Origin: a virus
Lineage: Duplodnaviria > Heunggongvirae > Uroviricota > Caudoviricetes
Direction: 5' to 3' (one strand)
Virus record (IMG/VR): IMGVR_UViG_3300015214_000024
Coordinates: 201,787-265,786 of that record
DNA length: 64,000 bases
The translations under genes were made by a program, and so were the position numbers. Positions 29,404 through 40,885 of the stretch are shown one piece after another (positions within the stretch are counted from its first letter, which is position 1; each line of letters starts with the position of its first letter). The notes under the pieces are model-generated. The model was not told the DNA's origin, ran no database searches, and was given only the letters and a program-made list of their open reading frames with translations.

Positions 29404-30105
29404 ATGTCAGTTAGAGCAGCTTTAGCAAAACTTGCCGCGTGTGCGTGTGGATGTGCGGTTATTGGCGGCGGCGCCGTTCACGTCGCTGAAGCACAACGCC
29501 CAGGTATTTTGAAAACTGTTAAGCCTGTCAAAACGGCTAAACATACTCCATCACGCACTGTTAGACGACACCGCACGGTTGTTACTTATAGACCAAGTCG
29601 TACAGAACCGGTTCAATCAGCCCAAGTTACTCAGGTTATAAATGTTATGCCGCAAGCATTGCCAGAGCAGCAAATGGTCAATGCTGGTGGCGGCGCGACG
29701 GCGACGGTTGTTAGTGGTAGTTCTGGTTCTTCTGGATTTTCTGGATCGTTTGGCGGCTTTGGCGGCGGCTTTTTTGGTGGTTCGAGTGGCGGTTCAGTAA
29801 TCATATCATCCACCTCAAGTGGTAGTACAAGTACGTCGACTAGTTCTAGTTCTTCATCAAGTTCAAGTACATCAACGAGCTCGAGCACTTCTGGTGGTAT
29901 TAGCACATCTGGTGGTTTTGGCTCGTCAAGTTCTTCGTCGAGTAGTACAAGTGGTGGGTGGTCAACTTCTACGTCAGGGGGATCGACTGGAAATCCACCA
30001 GTCGACGTTCCTGAACCGTCTTCAGTAATTTTGTTTGGATTGGGAGTTTTGGGTCTAATTGTAGGCAGGAAGCTTTCAACCCCCAAGAGAGATACCATAA
30101 GCTGA
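29404..30105 (+). CDS. Ser/Gly/Thr-rich PEP-CTERM protein
   Basis: C-terminal VPEPSS, TM helix, RK; N-terminal signal. Confidence 0.9.
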   Translation: MSVRAALAKLAACACGCAVIGGGAVHVAEAQRPGILKTVKPVKTAKHTPSRTVRRHRTVVTYRPSRTEPVQSAQVTQVINVMPQALPEQQMVNAGGGATATVVSGSSGSSGFSGSFGGFGGGFFGGSSGGSVIISSTSSGSTSTSTSSSSSSSSSTSTSSSTSGGISTSGGFGSSSSSSSSTSGGWSTSTSGGSTGNPPVDVPEPSSVILFGLGVLGLIVGRKLSTPKRDTIS

Positions 30106-30410
30106 GCTATCGCGGGGCAACTCGAGGAAGTTCAGGATTGGCGTGGGAAACGAGTGGGAGAGGTAGTAGGCTTGGATCAGTATGTCAAGCCGAAGAATGC
30201 CATAGTAAGACGTATCGTTCTTTGCTATGGTTCTCGCTAATCACCACCGTGATTGAGCCAACAAGCCAAACAGGACCTGGCAATTTCCCAGTTATAGGTC
30301 CGGGTTGGTGCAGCCCTGAAGCGATAAGCTTCGTGGATAATTCCGGGGCCAGACGTATGTCTGAGACGAATGATAGCATAATACAGAATCCTGGCTATAG
30401 GCTTATGGTA
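30093..30410 (+). ncRNA. rnpB: RNase P RNA
   Basis: P1 TACCATAAGCT/GGCTTATGGTA; GAGGAAGTTCAGG and ACAGAATCCTGGCTA (P4); AGACGAATGAT. Confidence 0.9.
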
Positions 30411-31125
30411 ACTTGAAAGAAAGGCAAATAAATGTTTGGACGTAAAAAGAAAGAAATCAATACCGGATCCTACACTGTCGACTTTTCAGATAAAACTCAA
30501 TCAGTAAATAATACTGATACAGTTTTAGAATCATATTTCAATGATCCAGTTGAGGAAGATGGACCTCAAGAAGATTTCAATCCAATCGACAAACTATACT
30601 ATTTCCTGTCAGATTTGATGGATGTGTATGAGGATTGGTCTGTTTCTGAATCCGGAATCGACAATGAAGGATATACCAATTATACTGTAATACATAGAAC
30701 AAAACCAATAACTGTCAATTTTAACAGTTATAATAATGAAAATGAAGCAACAGTTTTAATTTCTGGTGAAGATGTTGAAAATATTATAGGATATGATATG
30801 ACAGCAGATTTGGCTGATAAAATATATGATATAATCAACGAGGTTGAGGAAAGATTGGAAGAAGAGCGCGAAGTTAGAAATAACGAATCAGCTCAACGAA
30901 TTCTTGATATGCTTGGATATGGAGAAGATTGATGAAACTTTCTGAAACACAGCTTGATCAAATGATCACACTCTGGCACGATGATAAATCAATTCTTTGT
31001 GAACTCCACGAATTTTTGGGTTTGTCTAAAGAAGATTATTCTAAATGGGTTAAAACTCCTAGTTTTCAACCTGAAAGTGATTTGGATGAAGATGAAGTTA
31101 ATTTCATTCTGAGTATGAAAGGAAG

Positions 31126-32358
31126 ATGTTAATGTCGGTTCACATTTTTGGCGGTGGAACCTTTTTTCACGTTCGCAACCATATGGCGCTTTGCGCACCA
31201 GCATTTGGTAAAACTGCTCGATATATTAATACCTTTTATGACGATGCATTCTTGCATTTGACAAAAATGGCTGATCCAAATTCAATTCTTGATACCAATG
31301 AAGATGTTGAATATAAGCTTGATAAGCTCATTGAGGATCCTTATTGCAAGATCATCTATTTCAATGTTGCACTTTGTGATTATGAGGGATCTATCTTGGA
31401 TGGCACTCTTGAAGATTGTATAACTCCATCAGGAAAATACGCTCCTCGACTTAAAACTCGAGAAGGTCTACAGCATATGCGCCTCACGCCGGCAGCTAAG
31501 TTGATTGGCAAGATTCGCAAGACTCGCAAGGATATTTTTGTTGTTGGATTTAAGACGACCTGCAACGCAACACCTGATGAGCAATATCTTGCAGCATTGA
31601 ATATGTTGAAAGAAAATTCTATCAACTTGGTTCTCGCGAACGATACAGGTAATCGTCGAAATATGATTGTTGCTCCAGAAGAAACTCGCTATTGCGTTAC
31701 TACTGATCGAAATAAAGCACTTACAACTTTGGTAGAAATGACCAATAGCAGGTCTCGAAACACTTTTACCCGATCGACGGTAATTGATGGCGATCTTGTT
31801 CCTTGGAATTCAAATGAAATTCCTGACAATTTGCGACAGGTGGTCAATCACTGCATCAAAAGAGGAGCATACAAGCCCTTCCGGGGATCAACTGCTGGTC
31901 ACTTTGCAGTCAAGGTGAATGAACACGAAGTTTTGACATCTGTTCGCAAGACAAATTATAATGATTTGGATAAAAGCGGATTGGTTCGAATTGAATACGA
32001 CGGTCTCGATAAAGTCATTGCGCACGGCGCGAAGCCAAGTGTTGGAGGTCAGAGTCAGAGAATTGTGTTTGACGAGCATCCAGATTTGGACTGTATTGTA
32101 CATTTCCATTGTCCTACTAAGGAAAATGTTCGTGATTCGCTATCACACGTGGATCAGGCGCCATCAGAATGCGGGTCACACCAATGCGGGTCAAGAACAT
32201 CAAAAGGATTAAAGTCTTTTGGGAATCTGGAAGCAGTGATGCTTGATAATCACGGGCCAAATATTGTCTTTTCTAAGGATACCCCAGCTCAAGAAGTTAT
32301 TGATTTTATTGAAGCAAACTTTGATCTTGAAGCTAAGACTGGTGGCTTGGTAAGTTAA
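31126..32358 (+). CDS. CoaB/DFP-like ligase domain fused to class II aldolase-like domain
   Basis: GGGT, NVALCDY, VVGFK, LVLAND; C-terminal KPSV, IVHFH, NHG. Confidence 0.7.
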   Translation: MLMSVHIFGGGTFFHVRNHMALCAPAFGKTARYINTFYDDAFLHLTKMADPNSILDTNEDVEYKLDKLIEDPYCKIIYFNVALCDYEGSILDGTLEDCITPSGKYAPRLKTREGLQHMRLTPAAKLIGKIRKTRKDIFVVGFKTTCNATPDEQYLAALNMLKENSINLVLANDTGNRRNMIVAPEETRYCVTTDRNKALTTLVEMTNSRSRNTFTRSTVIDGDLVPWNSNEIPDNLRQVVNHCIKRGAYKPFRGSTAGHFAVKVNEHEVLTSVRKTNYNDLDKSGLVRIEYDGLDKVIAHGAKPSVGGQSQRIVFDEHPDLDCIVHFHCPTKENVRDSLSHVDQAPSECGSHQCGSRTSKGLKSFGNLEAVMLDNHGPNIVFSKDTPAQEVIDFIEANFDLEAKTGGLVS

Positions 32359-33200
32359 TTCTTACCAAGCAACTCTTTCCAAGTAATTTGAATTCCGCGT
32401 TTTTTGTAAGCCTCGACTGGATTTGAATAAACTCCGGTTGGGGTTTCATTATTTCTAAAATATGTCAACCATTCTCTTGATGTTTTTGAATTTGTTGATT
32501 TGAAATATTCTTTAAATTCATCCAATGGCATAATATTTTCCATATAACGTTGTGATAATGCTTCTTGTGCTTTAATTTGGGCCTCCGTTTTTGGCAATCC
32601 TTTTCTTTTTAAAGACCATCGCTTTTTAGTTTCTTCGGAATGTTTATAGCCTTTACGCTTTTCGGCAATTTCTTTATATTGCTCGTCAGACAACAATTTT
32701 CGTCCCTTTAATGAATTGCTAATTTTTTTCTTTGTTTCTTCGGATATGGTGCGCCCTTTTTGATGTTGTGGGGCCGCCATCTGTGCTTCAGTTTTTGGTT
32801 TACCTTTTCGCTGTTGGCTTAATAATTGCTTGGTAGATTCTGAATGAATCATTCCAGCAGTGCTTTCGCCACCATTCGTTAAGTTACTCAATGGCCCTAA
32901 ATTTAAATTATATCTTCCAATAACTTTAATGAAATGTATTTCCCACAATTGTGCTTCTTGTTTGGAAAGATTTTCTTTTAATTTAATAATTATCGGTTTC
33001 TGGCCTAAATCTAATATATGTTTAATTTTTCCATTTTTTATAGGATTACAATTAGAATTCAAGCTGTCAGTTTTTAAATGAGCTTGATATCGTTTACCTT
33101 TGCCCATTCCAATATAAAATGGCTCAAAATCAAAATTTTCTCCATTATAAGAAAAATTTCCTGGCTTTCTTGGATCTAAATATGCGTAAACATAAAACAT
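32355..33200 (-). CDS. GIY-YIG-type homing endonuclease with NUMOD3 repeats
   Basis: FYVYAYLDP...FYIGMG, NLTNGGE, SEETKKK repeats. Confidence 0.88.
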   Translation of the reverse strand: MFYVYAYLDPRKPGNFSYNGENFDFEPFYIGMGKGKRYQAHLKTDSLNSNCNPIKNGKIKHILDLGQKPIIIKLKENLSKQEAQLWEIHFIKVIGRYNLNLGPLSNLTNGGESTAGMIHSESTKQLLSQQRKGKPKTEAQMAAPQHQKGRTISEETKKKISNSLKGRKLLSDEQYKEIAEKRKGYKHSEETKKRWSLKRKGLPKTEAQIKAQEALSQRYMENIMPLDEFKEYFKSTNSKTSREWLTYFRNNETPTGVYSNPVEAYKKRGIQITWKELLGKN

Positions 33201-34203
33201 TTTACTTGACCTTTTTAGGTTATTTAGTTATAAATGCGGTGCAAATACAAATTGGAGATATTAATGTCAGATACTGAAAGTTATTATTCTACCCATAATG
33301 CTGTTTGGAGCGAATCGAAGGGTGAATGGATTGAATATGAAAATTCAAATCCACCATTTCGAACCAAATTTCCAATGTGGCTTATTGTAGGAGCATATGA
33401 GATTTGGATTCTTCCAATTCTTCGCTTCCCTGCCAAGATTGAAGCTGCTATTACTCGAAAGCTTGATCGTATGGATGAAAACCATCAGAATCGAGCCAGG
33501 TAATGGTTACGTATCGAATTAAACGCCGCTCGTGCGGTGATTATGAAATTCACCGCAAGGTAGGCTTCTTTTTCTGGAAGCACGATGGTGGCGACCGCAG
33601 GCTAAAATCCGAAGACCGTTCGAGAGGGTTTCGATATTGGTACGACACATATGAACAGGCTAAGAGAGGCCTTGCTGCTCGAGAAGATTTTGACAAGCTT
33701 TCGGCAGCCGAAGGTGGTACTTTGGGTGAAAAGATTTTCTATAAACCTTTCCCTGAAAAGGAAGATTGATAGTTGACATAGTTTTGTCCATTTAGTATAA
33801 ATGGAATATTGATAAAAACCATACTGATCCAAACGTTGTAGGTTGTCAACAAAGGAGAAGTAAAATGGTTAGATTATCAAAAGCTGTCCTAGCTCGTCAG
33901 ATCAGGTCAGAAGTTCATTATCCAGATGATGGGGATACCCTCGGAATTATGGTAGAACGCTATGGCCCTGGCGCATATTTGGACATTGTTTACGATTATA
34001 GTGATGTGACTGTTCGTATCATTACAAATCGTGAAGAAACAGACGATGAATATAATGCTAGAATTGAAGCACACCGAGTAGCTTTGCAGGCTGAAACCGA
34101 CAGGAAAAAGAAAGCAAAGGCGAAAAAGGAAGCTGAAGAACGAGCATTGTATGAAAAGTTGAGAGAAAAGTATGGAGAGTGATCTCCATACTTTCTACTT
34201 TAT

Positions 34204-34268
34204 GCAGTCTTAGTTTAAGATAAAATATTGATTAATCAATGATCTAGGTTCAAATCCTGGCGACTGTA
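34204..34268 (+). pseudogene. degenerate tRNA lacking an anticodon loop
   Basis: GCAGTC/GACTGT acceptor, T-arm, collapsed ATTGAT-TA-ATCAAT arm. Confidence 0.55.
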
Positions 34269-34270
34269 CA

Positions 34271-34446
34271 AACAGACCAAAAAGGCGATAAGCCTGCAGG
34301 AAGGCAGAAACTGCGGCCTTGAATATGGAAGATACCTTTTCAGTCTTCTGTATAAAGTAGATCCGGAATATATTTGATATTCTCGGACTGGTATAGCTTT
34401 GTCGTGAAAAGGGGGGCTATACGAAAGACATAGGTTTTGGTTTGTT
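34271..34446 (+). ncRNA. closed-stem multi-hairpin RNA candidate
   Basis: AACAGACCAAAA/TTTTGGTTTGTT closure and 4-5 internal hairpins. Confidence 0.55.
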
Positions 34447-34571
34447 GATAGGGTGGCATTTGTGCCGCCCTTTCTTATTATGATTGACAGGTAAATTGGT
34501 ATCTGCTATATCATAACCAAGCTAACTAAGGTGGTTGGCTGTTCATTATTGTTTTCTTGAAAGGAAAATGA

Positions 34572-35951
34572 ATGTTTAGCACTATGACTTTGGCCATTGG
34601 TGGCATTGTCCTAGCAGCATTTGTAGGTATTCTATTTTTTGCTGCTTTGATTTTCCGCCGCGTGGTCCCAACAAATATGGTACATATCGTTCAGTCGTCT
34701 AAAAAGACTGTTTCATATGGCCGTGGACGTACTGAAGGTAATACGTATTACGAAATTCCTTCTTCGATTCCTTTTTTCGGTGTTACTGTTACTCAGTTCC
34801 CAGAATCAGTTTTCGATATTAACTTGAAAGATTATGATGCTTACGACGTTGATCGTTTGCCATTCCTAGTCGACGTTCGTGCGTTCTTCCGCATTAGCGA
34901 TTCACAGATTGCCGCCCAGCGCGTTTCGAACTTTAATGAGCTTCGTGACCAGCTTTCAGGTGTCCTCCAGGGCGCTATCCGTAACGTTCTTGCACAATAT
35001 ACACTTGATCACATTATGAGCGACCGCGCAACTCTTGGTAAACAGTTCTCTGATGTTGTTGATGGTGGCTTGACTGAATGGGGTGTTTCAACCGTCAAGA
35101 CGATTGAATTTATGGACATTCGTGATGCTCGCGATTCACAGGTTATCCACAATATTATGGCTAAGAAAAAGTCATTTATTGAAATGGAAAGCCGTATTGA
35201 AGTTGCTAACAACAAACAGGCTGCTGAATCAAAAGAAATCGAAGCTCAGCGTCAGATTGCCCTTTCAAAGGCAGAAGCTGAACAGACTGTTGGTATTCGC
35301 GAAGCTGAGCGTGACAAGACTGTTGGTATTGCTAACGAAAAGTCAAACCAGGAAGTTCAGGCTGAAGCAAAGGTGACTACTGAACGCCAGATGGAAGTTC
35401 GCAAGGTTGCCGAAGTTAAGCAAGCTGAAATCAACCGCGATGTTGCTGCCGTTAAGGCAGAACAGGACCAAAAGGTTCAGGTCATTGCTGCTGAGGCTGA
35501 TAAAGAATCACAGATTCAAATCGCCGAAGGTAAGTTGGAAGCTACTAAGAAAGAAGCACAAGGTGTTGAAGCTCTTGGTAACGCTAAGGCCGAGGCTGAA
35601 AAGGCACTGTTGCTTGCACCAGTTAACGCCCAGTTGACTCTTGCTAAGGAAATTGGTGAGAATGAAGGTTACCAGAAATATCTCATCGAGATCCGTAAGG
35701 TTGAAGCTGGTGAAAATGTCGGTAAGGAAATGGCTGGTGCGATGTCACAAGCTGACCTTAAGATCATTGCCAACAGTGGTGATGTACAGGGCGGCATTGG
35801 AAAATTGGCTGATGTGTTTACCCCAGCCGGTGGAACCAGCCTTGCTGGTATGTTGAGCGCATTTGCTCAAACTCCTGAAGGCGCCGCAGTAGTTGAGGGT
35901 ATCACAGCAAAGCTTAATGCCCCTGCTGAAACCGGTAAGAAAGCTAAGTAA
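34572..35951 (+). CDS. SPFH/flotillin (band 7) membrane protein
   Basis: N-terminal TM, SPFH domain, AE-rich coiled coil. Confidence 0.9.
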   Translation: MFSTMTLAIGGIVLAAFVGILFFAALIFRRVVPTNMVHIVQSSKKTVSYGRGRTEGNTYYEIPSSIPFFGVTVTQFPESVFDINLKDYDAYDVDRLPFLVDVRAFFRISDSQIAAQRVSNFNELRDQLSGVLQGAIRNVLAQYTLDHIMSDRATLGKQFSDVVDGGLTEWGVSTVKTIEFMDIRDARDSQVIHNIMAKKKSFIEMESRIEVANNKQAAESKEIEAQRQIALSKAEAEQTVGIREAERDKTVGIANEKSNQEVQAEAKVTTERQMEVRKVAEVKQAEINRDVAAVKAEQDQKVQVIAAEADKESQIQIAEGKLEATKKEAQGVEALGNAKAEAEKALLLAPVNAQLTLAKEIGENEGYQKYLIEIRKVEAGENVGKEMAGAMSQADLKIIANSGDVQGGIGKLADVFTPAGGTSLAGMLSAFAQTPEGAAVVEGITAKLNAPAETGKKAK

Positions 35952-35976
35952 AGCTTTTAAACCGAAAAAAAAACGA

Positions 35977-36007
35977 AAAGTGGCGGGGCTTGACCCTGCC
36001 ACTTTTC
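35977..36007 (+). terminator. intrinsic terminator
   Basis: GAAAAGTGGCGGGG/CCCTGCCACTTTTC. Confidence 0.7.
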
Positions 36008-36398
36008 TATGTTAGTGTCTGAAACACTAACAATAGGAGCGCAGTGTGAAATTCATCTTGGAATTCTCTGATTCAGATTTTGAAGAAAAAGGATGGGAAC
36101 GTCCATCAACTGAATTTTCGTTCGACTTGAATCTACCATTTGATTATGATAGTGACGCTTGGTGGGATTGGGATGACAGTGTTCTTCTTGATCAAGTTAG
36201 TGATATGGAAGAGTACGGCGTTCACGATTACACAGCTGGCGGCGATAAAGATGGAAATTGGACTCAATTTGGATATCATTCCTATGAAATCAAGCAAGAT
36301 AAATGGGAAGAAGTAGTTCAAAAATGGCACGAATGGTTTGTTGAGCAAGGTTTTCGGCCTGGTGAAATTACATCGGAAGAAATTAAGGAAGAAGAATA

Positions 36399-36815
36399 AT
36401 GGAAGTTTTAGTTACTACTGTTGGCGCGGTTCGTGATCACGGCGATACTCTTACTATCGTGACAGTTGGTGAGCACGAAGTTGTCGCTAACAAGAAGGAA
36501 GATGGGACCCCGCGATGGACTGCTGGAGAACTTGTTGTTTATGTCCCAGAAGGGGCCATCATTCCAGATGATGTGCTCAAAGAGCGTGGATATTGGGATG
36601 AAGTAAAGGGTAAGGGCTTGCTTGAAGGCAAGCGTGGAAATCGTGTGAAAATGCGTCGTTTTGCTGGCTTCGAATCTCGCGGTTTATTGTTCAAAGTTCT
36701 TCCATCAGTAGATGCGATTCCGGAAAATCATATTCAGCGTGGCTGTGATTACCAAGGCGTGAACTTGGGTGATAATGTTATGGAATTTCTTGGAATTACG
36801 GAGCATACTGTATGA
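36399..36815 (+). CDS. stand-alone OB-fold tRNA-binding-like domain (as at N-terminus of DRB0094-family RNA ligases)
   Basis: GELVVYVPEGAIIP, RVK.RRFAG.ESRGLL, GDNV.EFLGI. Confidence 0.7.
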   Translation: MEVLVTTVGAVRDHGDTLTIVTVGEHEVVANKKEDGTPRWTAGELVVYVPEGAIIPDDVLKERGYWDEVKGKGLLEGKRGNRVKMRRFAGFESRGLLFKVLPSVDAIPENHIQRGCDYQGVNLGDNVMEFLGITEHTV

Positions 36816-37374
36816 TTGAGAAATATACTGATACCGATCTTTACAGCCAGGAATGGCGGCCATCTGACGATCAAATCTTGGCTGCTGCCAGAGTTATAGA
36901 TAGTGACCTTCGTTTCTACGGACTTCTTAGGGAGTATCCTACATACGAAGAAATGCTCATCAGTGATCCAATTGGAGCCAGCGAATGGGGTGGTACGATA
37001 GAACGAATGTTGCTTGCTGCCCACAAGGCCCAAAATGATGATTAACTACGCAGGTATTCGTTCAGTCAAAGCTGGAGAAAAAATCATACCTATAGTTTGG
37101 GTGAAGGATATTGATATTTCGACCATAGAAGAAGGTCATATTACTATATCTACATATGAGGGAGAAATACATAAATCATATGGATTTGATGCTATTGAAA
37201 CCGTTATGGTTTTTAAGCCGAGTGCTCTTGAAGGTCGACGCCTAAAGTGGAAAAAGAATGCTTGGCGTTTTCATAACTTCATAATTCACCCACTTTTAGA
37301 AATCCTTTCAACATTAGGTTTCAAACGCCAAGCGGTGAGATTACACGATTGGGGTACTCCAACGCCTCGTGGAT

Positions 37375-38259
37375 TTAAAGATACTTCTTCTTAATTTCCA
37401 TCCAAGATGTTTTAATTCCTCTTCTTGAATATGCCACTATCGGATTTCGTGGTATGTTGTTAGGAAGTGGATTGTTATTAATATATTCTTGCCATTTTGA
37501 ATAACTATTGACATTGATAGATTTTAGAAAAAATAGAAAATCTTCGAAACTGATATAGTTTTCTCTTAATTTCTCTTTAGTCTCATCTGAAAGTTTTTTA
37601 CCAAGATTGGCCTTTCGTAGTTTTTCTTTAACGCTGTCAGGTCTTGTTCTACCTGTCAATGCTACTCTTATCTTTTCAATAGACTCAGCTGATGGCTTGG
37701 CTCGATTTATTGCTGATCGTCTAAGTATTTCTTTGGTTTTTTCAGAAGCTTTAGATCCTTTTTTAGCCTTACTTATTTTGGCTTTAGCTTCATCAGTATG
37801 ACCTTTGCCCAATCGCGCAGCTTGTATGGATAAAACTTGCTTTTCGCGATAAACTGGATCATTCCACTTGGAAGTTTGTATTTCACTTTTAGTTTTGGCA
37901 ACATTATTTTTAGCGTAGTTCTTCTTATAAGTAGTTTTTTGTTTTTCGATACTACGTTCATCATTATAGAAATTAGTTCTACCGATTTGCTTATTAAGCC
38001 ACTGGTTTGAACTGTGACAATGAAAACACTCTTGAAATTTAATTTCTAAATTTATGATCTGATCAACACCGCCAGCAGCTAAGATTTCAATCACATCTGG
38101 CTCGCCATTAAATGCTCGGAATTCTTTCACATAATGACTTGATGTGAAATATGTTTTCCATAAATTTGATGGATGAGCACTTTTTCCATATTGGCATCCA
38201 ACATACCATTTGTCTATTTTAGACCATCCAATTATGTAAAGATAAGGCAAATTTTCCAT
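37375..38259 (-). CDS. homing endonuclease (GIY-YIG variant) with NUMOD3 repeats
   Basis: YLYIIGW...WYVG, YFTSS, NUMOD3-like repeats. Confidence 0.82.
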   Translation of the reverse strand: MENLPYLYIIGWSKIDKWYVGCQYGKSAHPSNLWKTYFTSSHYVKEFRAFNGEPDVIEILAAGGVDQIINLEIKFQECFHCHSSNQWLNKQIGRTNFYNDERSIEKQKTTYKKNYAKNNVAKTKSEIQTSKWNDPVYREKQVLSIQAARLGKGHTDEAKAKISKAKKGSKASEKTKEILRRSAINRAKPSAESIEKIRVALTGRTRPDSVKEKLRKANLGKKLSDETKEKLRENYISFEDFLFFLKSINVNSYSKWQEYINNNPLPNNIPRNPIVAYSRRGIKTSWMEIKKKYL

Positions 38260-39704
38260 ATTTTAATCAACCATTCTATAGTTTAAATTTATTTATAGAC
38301 TTTTGAAATGATATAAAGTATAGTTAATGGCAATTAACTAAGGACAGAAATATGGCACATATATATTATTTTAAAGAAAAAAAGAGAAACGAAGATTCTT
38401 ACTCTGCCGGGATTCTTTCTATCCCTAAAGGCCCATATTGCTCCCCTGAATTATTGCCAGTGATTGGTAAAATTTTTCAAGATTCTGATCAAACCTTTTA
38501 TGAAATTGTTGACATAAAATTTAATGCTAAAATGACAAGTCAAATTACGAACTCAATTGATCAAATTTATGATGTGTATTGTGATCAACTTTAAATCTTA
38601 TGATTGGACCACTCCAGTGCCGAGAGGTTTTAGAGATTAAAAAGATGACAGATTATTCCATATCAAATACTTTTACCTTTTTCGCAAATGGTGAAGCTGA
38701 TATTCTTGAACTGCTTGAAATGGTTAAACGTTATGACGGCCCTGGACATATTGGAAATCAAATTAGAATCATTAATATGATTTACACCATTAATATGTCA
38801 ATTGAGATTGAAAAATATAGAAGAATAGCTGACCAATATCTTGCTTGGAAGGATCTATTAAGTATTTTAAATTCTTGGGAGGAAGCTTGGTTGGCGGTTG
38901 TGACGGCAAATCCAACCAGAGCTAAATTTTGCTGTAATGAAACTGTGATAAATTATACTAAGCTAATTTCTTGATCAGGACCCTAATTAAATAAGTATAT
39001 AATATAGCAGAGGGAAAGAAAAATGAATTATAGGAATCTTGACATCTTCTAGTGATACACAACTAGGAGAATGACAGATGAAATATACGTATCCATTTAC
39101 CGCAATTTTCAAATGCGGTTATACTACCGAAGTGAACAATTCTTCTGAGCTTCGAGCGCTCGTGAAAGAATATGGAGCATTTGGCTATGAATGGATTGAA
39201 ACATCATTTAGCCGAGCATATCGCTATAAGCCTTTTTGTGAAACATATCCAAAGGACTATGTTCCACGTTTCGAATCAGCTCACTATTTCGAATGGATCG
39301 TTCGAGATTTTTATGGTTTAAAAGTCGACTATGCTTTAGTTGAATTTGATGAAAAACCGTACCGAGCTTGGTGGGCTTCCGGTCGATATGAGGAACAGAG
39401 AAAGGCTGCTGAAAGAGGCCTGCCGATTCCATACGTTCGCAGCCGCTGGAGGGCAAACCGCAAATATCCAAAGAATGGCCGCCGCGGCGTCGCGGCAAGA
39501 AACAGCCAGGATAAAAAGATTTTTAATAAAAACAAGAGCCAAAATAATTTCGATGAATGATTTTGGTTGACAATGAACTAGTCCTTGTACTATAATGATC
39601 CAATAAGGGCTAGTTTAGAGGCGTAAGACACCTCGCTGATGACGCCAATCGAGAAGAACGGCAAACCGGGAGGGACCGGGAGTTTATCAGTAAAACGTTT
39701 GTTT

Positions 39705-39804
39705 AGGTCTTTAGTGTAATGGAAGCACTTTATTAGCAGGCACTTAATTTATTAGGACCTGGTAAGCGGAAATAAGAGTCACGGTTCGATCCCGTGAAGA
39801 CCTG
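39705..39804 (+). ncRNA. tRNA-like RNA with expanded anticodon arm
   Basis: AGGTCTT/AAGACCT, D-arm GTGT/GCAC, T-arm CACGG-TTCGATC-CCGTG. Confidence 0.7.
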
Positions 39805-39806
39805 CA

Positions 39807-39957
39807 AAACCTAGTAGCGTAGGAATGAGATACTTCGATAGGAAAACCTTCGTGTCGCTGGTTCGATTCCAGCTCTCCCCACCAGCTTTTATGGGGAGAT
39901 AGCTCAGACGGTAGAGCAGAGGAAAGAAAAACTTGTTTCGCTTTTATCTCTAGGTTT
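39807..39957 (+). ncRNA. YrlA/Y-RNA-like copy 6 with circularly permuted Phe-like tRNA
   Basis: scaffold; T-arm, TCTCCCC-ACCA, loop, GGGGAGA-TAGCTCAGACGGTAGAGC. Confidence 0.85.
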
Positions 39958-40885
39958 CTTTTTTAGGATGTGGGAAGATGGCAATTTCAAAGAGTCACGA
40001 AGAGAATAAACAGCGTTTAGATGAGTTGTCTGATCGACAGCAATATATGAATGAATTCTTTGATGAAATGATGACTTTGATACAACGTCCTTCCAACTTA
40101 CACGTATTGAAGTCTCAGCCATATTTTAATATGATGAAAAAACTTACTTTTATACACGAATTGAGATCTAAAATCTCAAAGCGAGGAAATGAATTAAGTT
40201 TAAAATCTATTCTAACATCGGAAGATTTGGAAGAACTGCATTCTATTAGAATTATAGACTCTGGCCATATTGATTGTATATGGATTTCTATCAGAGAATT
40301 TTTAGCACAAACCAAATTAAAAATCAACATCGACGAACGCCGCACTTGATTGTTTAGTTGACACACACTTACAATTAGTGTAAAAGGTGTTGATTTGAAA
40401 ACTTTCAAAGGAGAGAAGTCGTGATTGAACAGCTTCCAAAAAATATAGCAAAGGCTCGGAAAGAAGTCACCAATTTTCTAAGCAAGCGATTGTCATTGCA
40501 CGAGCTTGCGTCTTATCACAAATGTACTTCTGAATGGCACCAGCATAAGCCAAACGAATATAACAGCGAATGCCTGAGATTGCTAAATGAATATTGCGCA
40601 GAACGTGGATTTAAAATTGAAAACTTTTATTAATATGATTTATAATCAACAAACTATAATTAGTGAGAAATTTCGAGCTCAAATATCAGTTGATGAATTT
40701 CTTGATAGCCAGCCGTCTATTTTTGAAATTCAAGCATATATTCAAATGGCTCGTAACGACTTAGTAACTAATCCAAATGACATTTATGCAGCTCACGTAA
40801 TTCGTCTATTATCTGGCGATACTGATTGATTACTAGTTGGCAGTATGCTATAAAGATAGTGACAATACTAATGGAGTATAATTGA

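Noticed and set aside
29631-30098. 155-aa minus-strand ORF
   Set aside because: Antisense shadow of the Ser/Gly-rich PEP-CTERM gene.
30138-30416. 92-aa ORF
   Set aside because: Lies within the RNase P RNA.
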